64,000 bases of DNA from NCBI GenBank assembly GCA_951406725.2, contig OX597814.1:31930001-31994000 (forward strand), written 5' to 3'. A model generated the notes under the pieces. It was not told the DNA's origin, ran no database searches, and saw only the letters and a program-made list of their open reading frames with translations. Shown here one piece after another: positions 51,483-64,000 of the stretch. How positions within the stretch are numbered: position 1 is the first letter of the stretch; every line of letters starts with the position of its first letter. Source of the stretch: Octopus vulgaris. Taxonomy: Eukaryota. A program made the translations under genes and the position numbers.

Positions 51483-53927
51483 AAATAGTTATGATATTTT
51501 GGGATATCTAGATAGAAAACACAGGCGTTAGATCTTATCGTAAACTTCCATTACATTAAGATAGCTAAACATAGCAAAAATGTATTAAGAGTAACAACCA
51601 ATGATTTTTTTTTCTTCTCATGACGCACGAATAAGTTTTCCTTCATACAGAATCTGTTAAATACCCTTCGGCCACGTTTGATGAGAAGAATTTTTAAACA
51701 GCAATGCATCTTTCAAATTTAATGATAGCGAATGTGTTAGTTTTCTAGAAATAAGAAGTTACCATTGGACCCCAACAGTCGTCATTGCAAAACTAAGAAC
51801 ACAAAAATAAAAATAAATATTCGACAATAGTAAAATAAATGTGATATGAAAAGAAGAAAAACAAATACAGTTTTACGTTATTAGTTTCAAGCCAAGTTGA
51901 TCCTGAGGGCAATATTTTTTATATAAATGCTTGATTCAGGATATCAGCGTACTTATCAAACGTTTCCAAGTCTTTGACAGCTGCGTTAATCAAAATTTCA
52001 ATCGCACGAAATGTTATTAAATAAAAATGATTGCTAGAAGCCTATAGTCGGTAATATAATAAGTTTATAATCAAAATATATAATTAATATTTCTATCATA
52101 TTTTGATGGAAACGATTCAGTGGTGAAATAGTATTTCTGAGTGTTTATACATGTATGCGATGTGTGTGAGTCTGAAATACAGAGAGAAGAGGAATAGTTT
52201 TGTGTCAGTTTCTATATATGTGTGGCATTTCTATATCTATGTTATTTTAGTTGTTTAATTCGTATGCTCTTAAGTCCTTTCTGTACAAAGTGCATTGTTG
52301 AAGTTTTGTTGCGGCATGTTATCTGAGGTTGTCGTAATATTTTGGGTGGGTATTAGCTTTTGTTTTCTCACATAATATTCCCAGATAATTTCATTGTTAT
52401 TATGTTTCACAATACTTCCATCCTTCAGGCTTTTCTTTTAATATTTGATTTTTTTCCCCTCCTCTCACTTTCACTCGCTCTCTCTTCTCTATAAATAATG
52501 CAATGAAAAATGAAAATATCAACGTGAGACAGTGAAGTAGTGGTAGAGTAAGATATATAGACAGAGAGAGGGTTGACAGGAAAAAGAGAAAAATAAAGTG
52601 AGTAGGGGAAACAGACAAAACTTAACAAACTGGAAGGAAAAGAACAGAACGAAAATGAAAAAGGAAAATGCTATGAATATATGTGTATAGGTGTACACGA
52701 GGGTGTAGGTTTCTATGTGTTTATAATTAGCGGATGTATGTGTGTATGTGTATATAAATGTATGAATGTATGTATCTATGTATGTATGTATGTTTGCAAG
52801 TATGCTTATATACGTATATGTGTGCGTGTATTTATATTTGTGTATGTGTGTAAATTCACACGCACACAAAGTTATAATGCAATACAGTATACATATATTA
52901 AATGTATGTGTATTTGTGGGATTGTATTCATGTGTATATATGCATGTGCTTGGTTCTTTGAGTGGTGTTAGTGTATATGATTTTATAACTATGCGTATTG
53001 AAATATAGTTTGAATTCAAACCCCAGTGTATCGATGTTTATATGCCTTTCTGTAACTATATATGAAGCAAGCGCTTATCTAGACACGAATGTGTCTGTGT
53101 GTGTGTATGTGTGTGTATGTACATGCATATATGTATTTGTATATACCTGTGTGTATATATACGTGTATGAACTTATGTATATTTGTATACCTCAAGCGGG
53201 AGGTAGAAAGTCAGAGAACTAGAAAGATAGAGCAGAAGCTGAGGATAAAAAAAACCGTGGTAAGAAGAAGAGGAGATGGAAGGGAAAATTTGCTCAGATA
53301 TATTAAAAATAAAGAGGGTTTGTTTGCGTTTGAACATTTGAATGCATGTGCTTTTGCCTATACAGCGCAGTGCATGCGTATTAATGGCTAGGTGTATATA
53401 TGTGTGTATTTAGCAGTGTGAAAATGAAAGGAAATATCAGCAGGCACTGCAATAACATTAATATGCTCCAAGGTTAATTGCGCAGACTGTATGTCAGTGA
53501 AAGACGCTTTACTCGGATAAAGAATTTTCTCTTTCGAGCCAAAATGAAGGGTTTTCGGTATTTCTTTTTTTTTTTTTAATACAGATTCCAAATTTATAAG
53601 ATCCATATAATATTTGATAGCCGATATTATTTTGAGCATCGGCAATATATTCATTTATTTTGTTATTTGTTTTTTTTTATTTATTTATTTTTCTATATAT
53701 ATATAGTTTTTTTTTATATTATTCTGGAATTCTATTTTGTAACAAACAGTCAAATGTCAGGTGATTGAAAGTGAACATTATAATTATTATTTTTTTTTCT
53801 CTATTTTCTTTATATTTTTTACTACATTATAGTAATTGCTTCACCGAAATGAAAATACAGATCTTTTATGGAATTGAATTACTTAATGGGATCAACACTG
53901 TCTACGTAATACCAGCAACAACATCAA

Positions 53928-54143
<216 letters not shown>

Positions 54144-54234
54144 TAGCGACAACTAATTACTTTTATTAGACACAAATTCACATGCAGTTAATATAAAACA
54201 ATTTGTACAAAAGTTATTACAAAACGAGTGGCGA

Positions 54235-54284
<50 letters not shown>

Positions 54285-54332
54285 ATTTTTGATTTTTCCA
54301 GTTTCAGCTCATGAGCTGTGGCCATGCTGGGG

Positions 54333-54402
<70 letters not shown>

Positions 54403-54764
54403 ATCAATATATAAATCATTGTGCGTGTTTGTTTGTGTGTGTGTGTGTGTACATGTCTGAAACATGGTACAATATATTAAGTCTATGAAAACAACTACGG
54501 GCAATCCACCTACGCAAGAGTGAGAACTGAGTACTCACATTCTGAGTGAATCGTTTCGTATTCTCTAATTATTATACCTGGAATAAAGATAAGACTATCG
54601 ATATAGTTTTCATCAGCCCAACCGTATATCATCGTACACCCTTTGATACCCTCTCATATCCTATTTTAGGATCAGTATTTAATCAAGTGCACTAAGTTTG
54701 TTCGTTCAGTGTTCCATAAATTACAGGCACTCTGCTTGAAGACGATGAGGTTATCGCACTTTGC

Positions 54765-54902
54765 TTACTCTTTTACTTGTTTCAGTCATTTGACTTATTC
54801 TTTGTAAGCCTAATACTTATTCTATCGTTCTCTATTTGCCGAACCTCTAAGTTGCGGGGACGTAAACACACCAGCATCGGTTGTCAAGCGAAGTTGGGGA
54901 GA

Positions 54903-54957
<55 letters not shown>

Positions 54958-55120
54958 TTATATACATATATATGACGGGCTTCGTTCAGTTTCCGTCTAC
55001 CAAATCCACTCATAAGGCTATAGTAGAAGACAATTGCCCAAAGTGCCACGCAGTTGCACTGAACCCGGAACCATGTGGTTGGCAAACAAGCTACTTACCA
55101 CACAGCTACTCCTGAACCTA
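54765..55120 (-). mobile_element. SINE family B with internal deletions
   Basis: Reverse complement of family B with an internal (CA)n tract. Confidence 0.88.
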
Positions 55121-57884
55121 AAAAATATGTCCTGAACATACGCTGCTGAAATTAGGGTTGATGATGTTCAGGTCACTGATTGGAACCGAACTCGGAATCT
55201 TGGGGCTAGTAGCCTGCATTCTTAATCGTTACCTCCTAACCTTTCTTGTAAAACTGTTCTTTATAGCTTTGACCTGTTTATAGTCCCATATGTCCATCCA
55301 AAGGTGACGGCACACAGCTAACCATAAGATGTAGCCGATTCTCTCCTGGAGCGGTATTTCTTTAGCTTATCGATTATGGTCCCTCCTTCAATCTCATAGT
55401 ACTAAGGTTAAGGCGATTTCATTTGCATTCGCTGTATAACTATGGAGGGTAGTTCCATGGTATTTTGGAATTGTTGGTAGCAGCAATCATGGTATTCACG
55501 TCTAGAGCCTAACATTGTTGCCAATACTACCACTGCTGTTCGTGCTCAAGCTTTTTACCATTGATTCTGCTTTCTGTTGCTAGTACGAGGACCTTCAAGT
55601 GGTCCCTGATATCACAAGTGTAACTGATATACCATCTGCCCCGCACTAGCAATCTGATTCATTTAGTTTCTAATAAATAAATGGTGTACAGCTACGAATT
55701 GACTTATGGCTATCCTTGTTCATTAGCTTCTGGATATCCATGAAATCCCACACGACTACATGTTGCTACATTCTATACTGTATATTGGCGCTTAGAAATG
55801 TGTCTACAGTTGTGTAAATGTAACATCTACTATTGCTCTTCTCTGTAGGTAGAATGTAGTAACTACATAGCCAGATGTCTCTTTGCAAGTTTGTTCAGTT
55901 CCATATTTCCTTGTGCCCTTAACGGTTAATCTAACGCGCATCCTGTAATAGCAAGAACTCCCTTCAGTTAATCATTACGGTAACAAATGAAAGCTCCTGC
56001 ACTTTTTTTAACCATGTGCCTTATGTCACCATCTTCACAGTGTGTGCTGCTGTTGCTTGGCACCGTTTTCTTTGCCGATACACAGCAATATTGCACCGTA
56101 TCCCGGGTAGTTGTTGCCAAAACTCTCTGCTGGGCTCTCTCAATACTCGCTTTCAAAAGTTATCCTGCTTCTGTTCACCAAATTTCGTTTTAGCAAAACT
56201 CTGATAAATTGAGGACAGTCTAATGAGTATAACAGAGTTAAGCAATGCTAGTTATGAGTTACCGCAACTTAAACCAGAATCTGTTTAATTCAGTTTGCTG
56301 CGCTGTACAGCTACATAAACTTTGTCCGATGCTGACGAACAAGTCAATTGAACACAATCAATTGAACCAGTCCATCGTTTTGGAACACAGTAGTAGTAGA
56401 TTACAGCAAAGAATTATACATTTGTGGAATCAGTAAGAACAATATCGAAAAGTTTTAACCCGAACAGAAAGCAAATAACATGCACTGCAAGAACTCACAT
56501 TCTTCTCATCAATGTCAAGATAGTCGCGAGAGCAAAACAACGTGCTTAATGATCCACTGACGACATTTTGAGAGACGTTCTGCACGGCATTTAATACACA
56601 TGTTTCTTCCATAAGTTTCTCTGATACAAAAACTTATATCCAGCGTCGTTCTACGTTTGTATAAAAATTATAAGTATTATACGTACACTTTATTTTAATC
56701 CAATGCTCTTTCAAGTGCATATATCGAAGTAAGTTTAGCCTGGTCAATTTTTATACAAGTTTATAAATGCTTTTTACTTATTTCTATATCAGAATAATTA
56801 TTTTCTAACTTAACACACAATGTAGTGGTGTATATTCATCACTAAGGAGAACAAATGATGTTGCAACACTATCTTGTGCTCCGCTCACGACACTCTGAGA
56901 ACGCTCTCAGTTTTTTTAACGCACAATTAACTTTGAAACAAAATATTACAGTTAGCACATTTATATGCTTATATATACATTGCAAATGATAAACACATCA
57001 GTATTTTATATAAGGCAGCAAAATCTGACATTCTTAAGACTCACAATTTAACACTGGGGAACAAGTATAATTGCATGCCTTTTTACATCCAATATTTTTG
57101 CGATCGAAATATTTCCTACATCGTTTTTGTATCTGGTTTGCACGTTTATTTATGTGAGTTGAAAATATTTTTGTGACCCTAGACAGAACATTATTCTATA
57201 TATAGTTTTATTTTTAAAAATAGGTTCATCCCCTCAATGAGACAAGAGACAAACTGGAAATGTGGAGAGAAATATCAACATTCTATATAATATTGATGAC
57301 AATGGTCATGGATATGAGGGTGTATTTTCTGAAACTATTAACCACATATTATCAGGATGAGGTACACTCACCTGCACAAAATATAGGGAGACACTATACT
57401 CTAGAGAAAGTGACTTACTTATACCTGGACGCTATTTAAGATAAGTCTCTTTGGTAATTATGTGAAATGACAACAATATTCAGAATGGGAAAATATTGAA
57501 CAATTTTCAGAAAATGCCACTGTGAAACTACTAGTGAACAATACATAGACAGGCCATTAAGGAGCACGTAATCAACCTAATATTGGCATATATCTATACC
57601 GACTTCGGCACTGAATTACGATCATCCGAGCAATTAAGGGGTGTGATTTCATCCTCATGCTAATAGGTATAAAGTGGCATAAAACACAAACATTTGTGTG
57701 AAGAAACTCAGAGATTATCTAAGGTGATGTATATACATTTTGCAGCAATACACACTCTCTTAATTCGAACACACACAAACACACGCAGTTTCAAGCATAT
57801 AATGTTATACGTAGCATTGAAACTAACTTAATATTTTATTTTAATGAAACTAACGTTATGAAATTAACATTAATATATATCGAA

Positions 57885-58076
57885 GGCGGTGGGCTAGCAG
57901 AATCGTTAGCACCATTTCGCCTGTTTGTACGCTGTGAGTTCAAATTCTGCCGAGGTCGAATTTGCAATCCATCCTTTCGGTGTCAAGAAAATAAGTACTA
58001 GTTGATGCTCGGGTCGATGTAATCGACTTATCCCCTCTCCAGCAATCACTGGTCTTTTACCAAAATTTTGAAACCA
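57885..58076 (+). mobile_element. SINE family C monomer
   Basis: GGCGGTGGGCTAGCAGAATCGTTAGCAC...GAGTTCAAATTCTGCCGAGGTCGA. Confidence 0.85.
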
Positions 58077-58905
58077 ATATATTTCGACTGTAATTTTTAG
58101 CGTTTTGGAATTAGAAGTTTTCTATTGAACAGAATTGCTATCGAAATTAAATTTAAATTTGTCACGAATACAAACGAAAATAATTTTAGTAGCATAAATC
58201 ATTTCAAAAGCAGTCGCAGCACAGAATATGTTTTTAACATATATAATTGTAGTTACAAATTACAAGTATGCCTACGCATAAAGAGTGAAATTAGCTTATT
58301 ATTATATAAATATAATATTGTTCACTAACAATTCTACTATATAGGTTTCACTAAGAATTCTTATTCTTCTATATTCCGAGAAAGTGTTGAAAGTGCACCG
58401 AGAAGAAAATACATTATATATTTGCACCTGTTTAATTCACATTGAGAAATAGTTTCTCACTGCGACACTAACAGTTTATACTGATTAGCCATGAACCAAT
58501 AGAGAAACATTTTCCTTTTTATTTCTTTCTTTTGAACTCATTGTTATTTTCTTACCCTGTAAACGCTGCTGGCAGTGTCTATCTTATACACATTGTAACA
58601 TGTTATATTTCTGATAAAGTACATACTTTGATCGAAATATGAACAGCATAAAGTACTGAATATAGTTTCTCTTTATGGTTAAGTAGTGAGTTAACAAAAA
58701 AATAAATTAGTGATATCATTCATTGGATTCAGGCCATGATAGGGCAAAATATTCAAGGGGTTTAGTCGGTCATATCGTTCACTGTACATATTTCAGTCTG
58801 GACTCATTTTATCCACTATTTTTTAAACTGCTACATTACAGGATATAAAAGGACACAATAAAACTATAAAATCAGTTAGAGATAGATATATACATATACA
58901 TATAC

Positions 58906-59210
58906 GTGGAGGCGCAACGGCCCAGTGGTTAGGGCAGCGGACTCGCGGTCGTAGGATCGCGGTTTCGATTCCCAGACCGGGCGTTGTGTGTGTTTATTGA
59001 GCGAAAACACCTAAAAGCTCCACGAGGCTCCGGCAGGGGGTGGTAATCCCTGCTGTACTCTTTCACCACTCTTTCTCTTACTCTTTCTGCTGTTGGCCTG
59101 CTCGCTTAGCCAGCGGGGTGGCGTCATTCAAAGGCTAAAACAATGCGAACGCATTGTGACCAGCGATGTGTAAAAACATCTGATGGTCTGGTCGGTCACG
59201 TGATCACGTG
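58906..59210 (+). mobile_element. SINE with family A head and alternative (type 2) tail
   Basis: The first about 175 bp match family A. An unrelated tail follows, ending CACGTGATCACGTG. TSD ATATACATATAC at 58894-58905 and 59211-59222. Confidence 0.9.
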
Positions 59211-59392
59211 ATATACATATACATACTCATGCACATACATTCCAATATGTGTGTGTGAGTTTGTGTCTATGTATGTGTTTGTGTTCACGGGTGCAGTTTT
59301 TATTTAAAAAGCGATAGCGATCTAATTCGTGTTATTTTATGAAATTTCTTATGAACTCCCGTTTCTATGATTATGAACTCCCGTTTCTATGA

Positions 59393-59928
59393 TGCCTGGT
59401 GGCTGTGGCGAAAGAAGTTGTTTAGTGGACAAAGCTGAAAGGAATGAGGAATGAGGAAATATACATTCATCTTTGGAAGAGTTCACATTGACTTCTTCAA
59501 GTTTCACTTGAAAATGAAGTTGTGAGTGGAGAGGAAAGTACCGTCCTCGAGTGAGTTTATTGAAAAGTGGGTCAAAGTTGCGAAAAGGGCAAAGAGTAGA
59601 CGGTGCCTCTTTCAGTGCAGACCTGTGAGTGGAAGAGAAGCAATTGGAGAGAGCACTTGCTCTTGGGGTTTGGGGAAGGTTTCGAACAGTGGGGTTCTTC
59701 GATTATCCCTAGAGGCCTTCATGTATATGGAGGGACATATCTCCATCATCCTCCTCGGTATTTTTTTTTATCAACATTTGTATGCTATGCATCTCTCCTT
59801 TCTTTTTCAGTGTATACCCTGTATACTTACATTTTTCTTTATCATTTCGTTATATGTAAACCCTGACCCTTTATGTCTGTGTTTGTATTGTCCTCGTCAT
59901 CCTTCGCCCTTGTGGCAAATAAATAAAA
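59393..59928 (+). pseudogene. 3' end of an L1/Tx1-like LINE
   Basis: CLVAVAKEVV*WTKLKG...FFKFHLKMKL*VERKVPSSSEFIEKWVKVA, then a 3' UTR with AATAAA at 59918. A perfect 22-bp tandem duplication (59349-59392) sits at the 5' junction. Confidence 0.6.
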
Positions 59929-59957
59929 TCATTATTATTATTATTGTTGTTGTTGTT

Positions 59958-61218
59958 GCCTTTGCACAGATTCTACCGCTGGGGATGTACTACAGTGTCA
60001 GCTGTTCCCTACCAGTGAACTAAGGTAACACCTCGTATTTTTCGAGTACCTTCCGGAGTATTCGAGTGGTTCAAATCAGTGCTGTCTGCTGCAAGTGCTC
60101 CACACTTATTGCAGCCCATATTTCTTCCACGTACTTCTCGAGATTTTTGCTCACTATTTCTAGGGCTCCGACAATTATTGGTAACACTGCTACCTTTTTC
60201 ATCGACCAAACTGCTTAACTTCCCAAGCTAGCCTGTCATATCTCTCGACTCTTCTTTCTTCCCTTTTCTCTGCTGAGCGTACCTTTTTCTCTGCTGAGCA
60301 TGCTATATCTATGACCCAGCATAGTTTGTTTTGTTTCTCAATTAAGACTATGTCCGGCTTCCTTTTCTCAATCTCATGATCGCACTGAATCATAAAATCT
60401 CATAGGATCTTCGCATTTCTATTTTCGACGATGTCTTCAGGTTTGTTGCCGTACCAATGTTTTGCTCTGAAAAGTCCATACTTGTTGCAAAGTGTCCAAT
60501 GGACAAGCCTGGCTATATTGTCGTGACCTCTCTTGTATTCCTTCTTGGCTAGTGGCGTGCATTGACTGGTAACATGCCATACTCTTTTACCGTTTTGTCC
60601 ACAGATTCTGCACTTATCACTTTTTGCTGTTTTGTCTGTACTGTACTTTATGTAGTTTGTTCTTAGTGCTTGCTCTTGGGCAGCACAGATTAGAGCCTCC
60701 GTTTCCTGTTTTAAATCATGTTTAGTCATCCACAGCCATCCTTTTTCTCTGTCTGTCTTATTTTCAACATCCCTTTTCTTTGCCCACCTATTTTCAGTTT
60801 CATTCGTTTTAAATTTCTTGTATAGTGCTTTATCTTTGCAATCATTCATGCTACACAAGCCTGAATTTCCTACTTCTAATAATAGCGGTTCTGTGGCATT
60901 TTTTTACATACCATGCTATGTTGTTTTCTTCTGTTCTAATGCTGTATTCACATCCAATGAATCCTCAAACCCTCACTTTTTTTTCTTGTTACATACAGTC
61001 TGTCTGTATCACCTTTTTGTGTGGAGTGACTCATATCTAGTTAGCAACTTCCTTGTCTTTCTGTCTAAGCTGTTTAGTTCATCTGCTGTACATGTGATTA
61101 CCCCTGTTCCATATCTAAGGAGTGAAACCTCCCAGGTGTTGACAGCTTCGATCTTATTCCGTCCGTTTTATTTCGACTTAGGGATCAATCTCAGTCTGCG
61201 TAAGTACTCCACCTTAAA
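59958..61218 (-). pseudogene. R4/Dong-clade (restriction-like endonuclease) retrotransposon, 5'-truncated, copy 1
   Basis: ETEALICAAQEQALRT, CCHC knuckle CRIC..H..SQC, GHD (RHD-like), KPDIVLI..IDIAC nuclease motif and terminal TTRILRKVLE. The 3' end abuts (CAA)n(TAA)n. Confidence 0.9.
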
Positions 61219-61530
61219 TGTTAATTAATAAACACATCTTTTTGTCTGATCTTTTATAATAATATCCGGTTTATTAGCTTTTATAGTCTTGTCGGTATGT
61301 ACGGGGAAGTCCCATAGAATCGACACATTTTCTCCCTCAGTCACAGCTTCAGGATGGTGTTAATACCATTTGTCAGCGGTTTTGATTTTATAATGCCGAC
61401 ATATTGTCCAATGTAAATACTGGCCGACTTTGTCATGTCTTGCTTTATATCCTACAGGTGCTAAGACTTTACACTCTGAGATTAGGTGGTCTATAGTTTC
61501 AATCTCATCGTTACAGACTCGGCATTTTGT
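61219..61530 (-). pseudogene. R4/Dong-clade internal fragment from a different family, copy 2
   Basis: KCRVCNDEIETIDHLISECKVLAPVGYKARHDKVGQYLHWTIC...ILWDFPVHTDKTIKANKPDIII. Confidence 0.88.
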
Positions 61531-61531
61531 G

Positions 61532-61596
<65 letters not shown>

Positions 61597-61598
61597 TA

Positions 61599-63010
61599 AT
61601 GAAAACTCTCAGCTTATTTTGCTGGGTATGACGAAATGTGTTAGTTGTCCACAGTCAGCAGTCTAAGATAATACTTGTTTATTGATCATGCTTGAAAAAT
61701 CCTGCGGAAACTCTTGCAGTTCCAAGTAATGATTTTTAGGCGTTCTGTCTTTACATGCGTACCGATCTTTCTGAGCCGTGTAGGTAATTGAGTGGTAAGG
61801 CTTCAAAGCACGCCAATTACTATGGTATCACGTCCACTCTCTTCATTGCTCACAGCCTGCGTATTTTCCATTTCGCATCGTCAGTGTTCTTCACCTTTTC
61901 TTATTTTTCTTTGATTCTGTTGTCACCAGGACAAGCTATGTTGATTATCATGGAATTCTTTTTTTCTTTTTTGTTCACTACAACAATGTCAGGTTTCTAA
62001 AGTTTGTTCTACTGATCATACTGAATTATTGCATCCCACAGGATTTTGCAATCTTCATTCCTAGTAATTCTTTCTGGGATTTGGTCGCACCACATCTTTG
62101 CTCTCTGCAAGCCGTAATTTCCACAGATATCCCGATGGATCATTCTTGCCATATTGTCATGTCATATTTTGTATTCTCGTTGTGCCAATTTCGGGTTTCC
62201 ACTAACAATATACCATACCGCTTCACTCCTCTCGCCACACGCTCTGCGTTTGTCATTCTCCGTCGTGTTGTCAATTCTGTACTTTACATTGTTCGTCCTT
62301 AACGCTTGTTCTTGTGATTCTATCTGTATCTTCAGGTCACTTCTCCACGTCCATAACTACCGGTCTTCTGTATCAGTTTTGGTTCTCGTATCTCTTGCAA
62401 AATGACCGTACATATTTTTTCTTACCAAGCTATATCTGCTTTCATGTTCTTTTCCTCTTTAAGTTCTTTCTTTACGTAATTATCAATTCTTCTGATGCCG
62501 GACTTCTTCACATGTTTTAGCAATGTTTCAACGGCATATTTACACACTACCTTCAGCTGTTTTCCTCTGCGCCAACTCAGTCCTGGCAATTGATCAAACC
62601 TCTTCTAAACTTTCTTCTGGATAGGTACAATCTATCATCTTCATTCTTGGGATGGAATGCTCTGTGCACTGTCAATATTTTCTGTCTTTCTTTTGTCAGT
62701 TTATGATTCCGAAGTAATGTGATCGCCCATTTATTTACTACTTGAATTTTATTCCATTCAGTGAATTTTGAGCGGAACACTAATCTTGGTCTTCGAAATA
62801 TTCTTCCATTTCCTTCTCCATGATATTGTTGAATTTTAGTATACCAAAGTGTTTAAAACCTCCTTTTCAATTTGTTTCATCCCTTCTTTATTTGGTAATT
62901 ATATCCCTGTCAGGGACTATAGCTTGCCTCTTTTCAGGATCATTATACCGCACTATTTGAACCTCAATTCCATCATAATATAATCACTAAAACAGTGGGC
63001 CGTGTTTACC
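61599..63010 (-). pseudogene. R4/Dong-clade retrotransposon, older decayed copy 3
   Basis: NKIQVVNKWAITLLR...HRAFHPKNEDDRLYLSRRKFRRGLI, LWDAII..KPDIVVV..INIACPGD and LLGTARV. The 3' end abuts (TAA)n at 61537-61596. Confidence 0.85.
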
Positions 63011-63174
63011 GAACAACTCACTTAAACATTTTTAATCATTATACACTATGTATATTTCCCTTCCGCTTCATTTTATACCGTGCATACTTATTTTTTATTA
63101 CTATTTTATCATTTCCTTATACATAAGTCCGCACATTTGTGTCTATCTTTGTATTGATCCCCCTTATCCTCCCA

Positions 63175-63797
<623 letters not shown>

Positions 63798-64000
63798 TGG
63801 CAGCATCCGCATCACATTACTCGCAAGTATTAGTATTATATAGTTTGCATATAGCATGGGATGTTATCTTCGGTGAAAGTCACTAGTGTATCAATGTAGG
63901 CACTTAATTCTATTACTTCATCAAAGCCTTAAGAACAGAGGATAGATATTTTAAAAAAGACCTTCCAAAATCTTGTTGAACATTAAATATATTTATAGCT

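Noticed and set aside
54590-54620. Minus-strand CTGATGA followed by an ACTAT/ATAGT hairpin
   Set aside because: No GAAA follows.
55900-56450. ORFs with LINE-like scraps (IERAQQR on minus, RIIHLWNQ on plus)
   Set aside because: The motifs are short and on opposite strands, so no consistent element can be called.

Overview
AT-rich eukaryotic intergenic or intronic DNA. The tRNA-derived SINE families and very dense TA/CA/TATG/TAA microsatellites suggest an octopus (coleoid cephalopod) genome; this assignment is an inference. No host protein-coding gene can be supported, and nearly all listed ORFs are microsatellite or SINE read-throughs. The window is a retroelement patchwork: about 20 copies of three tRNA-derived SINE families (five with clear TSDs), decayed R4/Dong-clade and L1/Tx1-like LINE fragments, a non-autonomous Helitron, a Tc1 deletion derivative, several TIR or foldback elements and a degenerate tRNA-Asp(GTC). 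Most notable are (i) five type-I hammerhead ribozyme motifs in apparently unrelated repeats, one structurally intact and one inside a Pol III tRNA-headed, retrozyme-like SINE; (ii) recurrent foldback inversions, often in inserts flanked by (TA)n; (iii) modular head/core/tail swapping among SINEs; and (iv) a fusion of two Dong-like families inside a TAA tract. All alignments and folds were done by eye.
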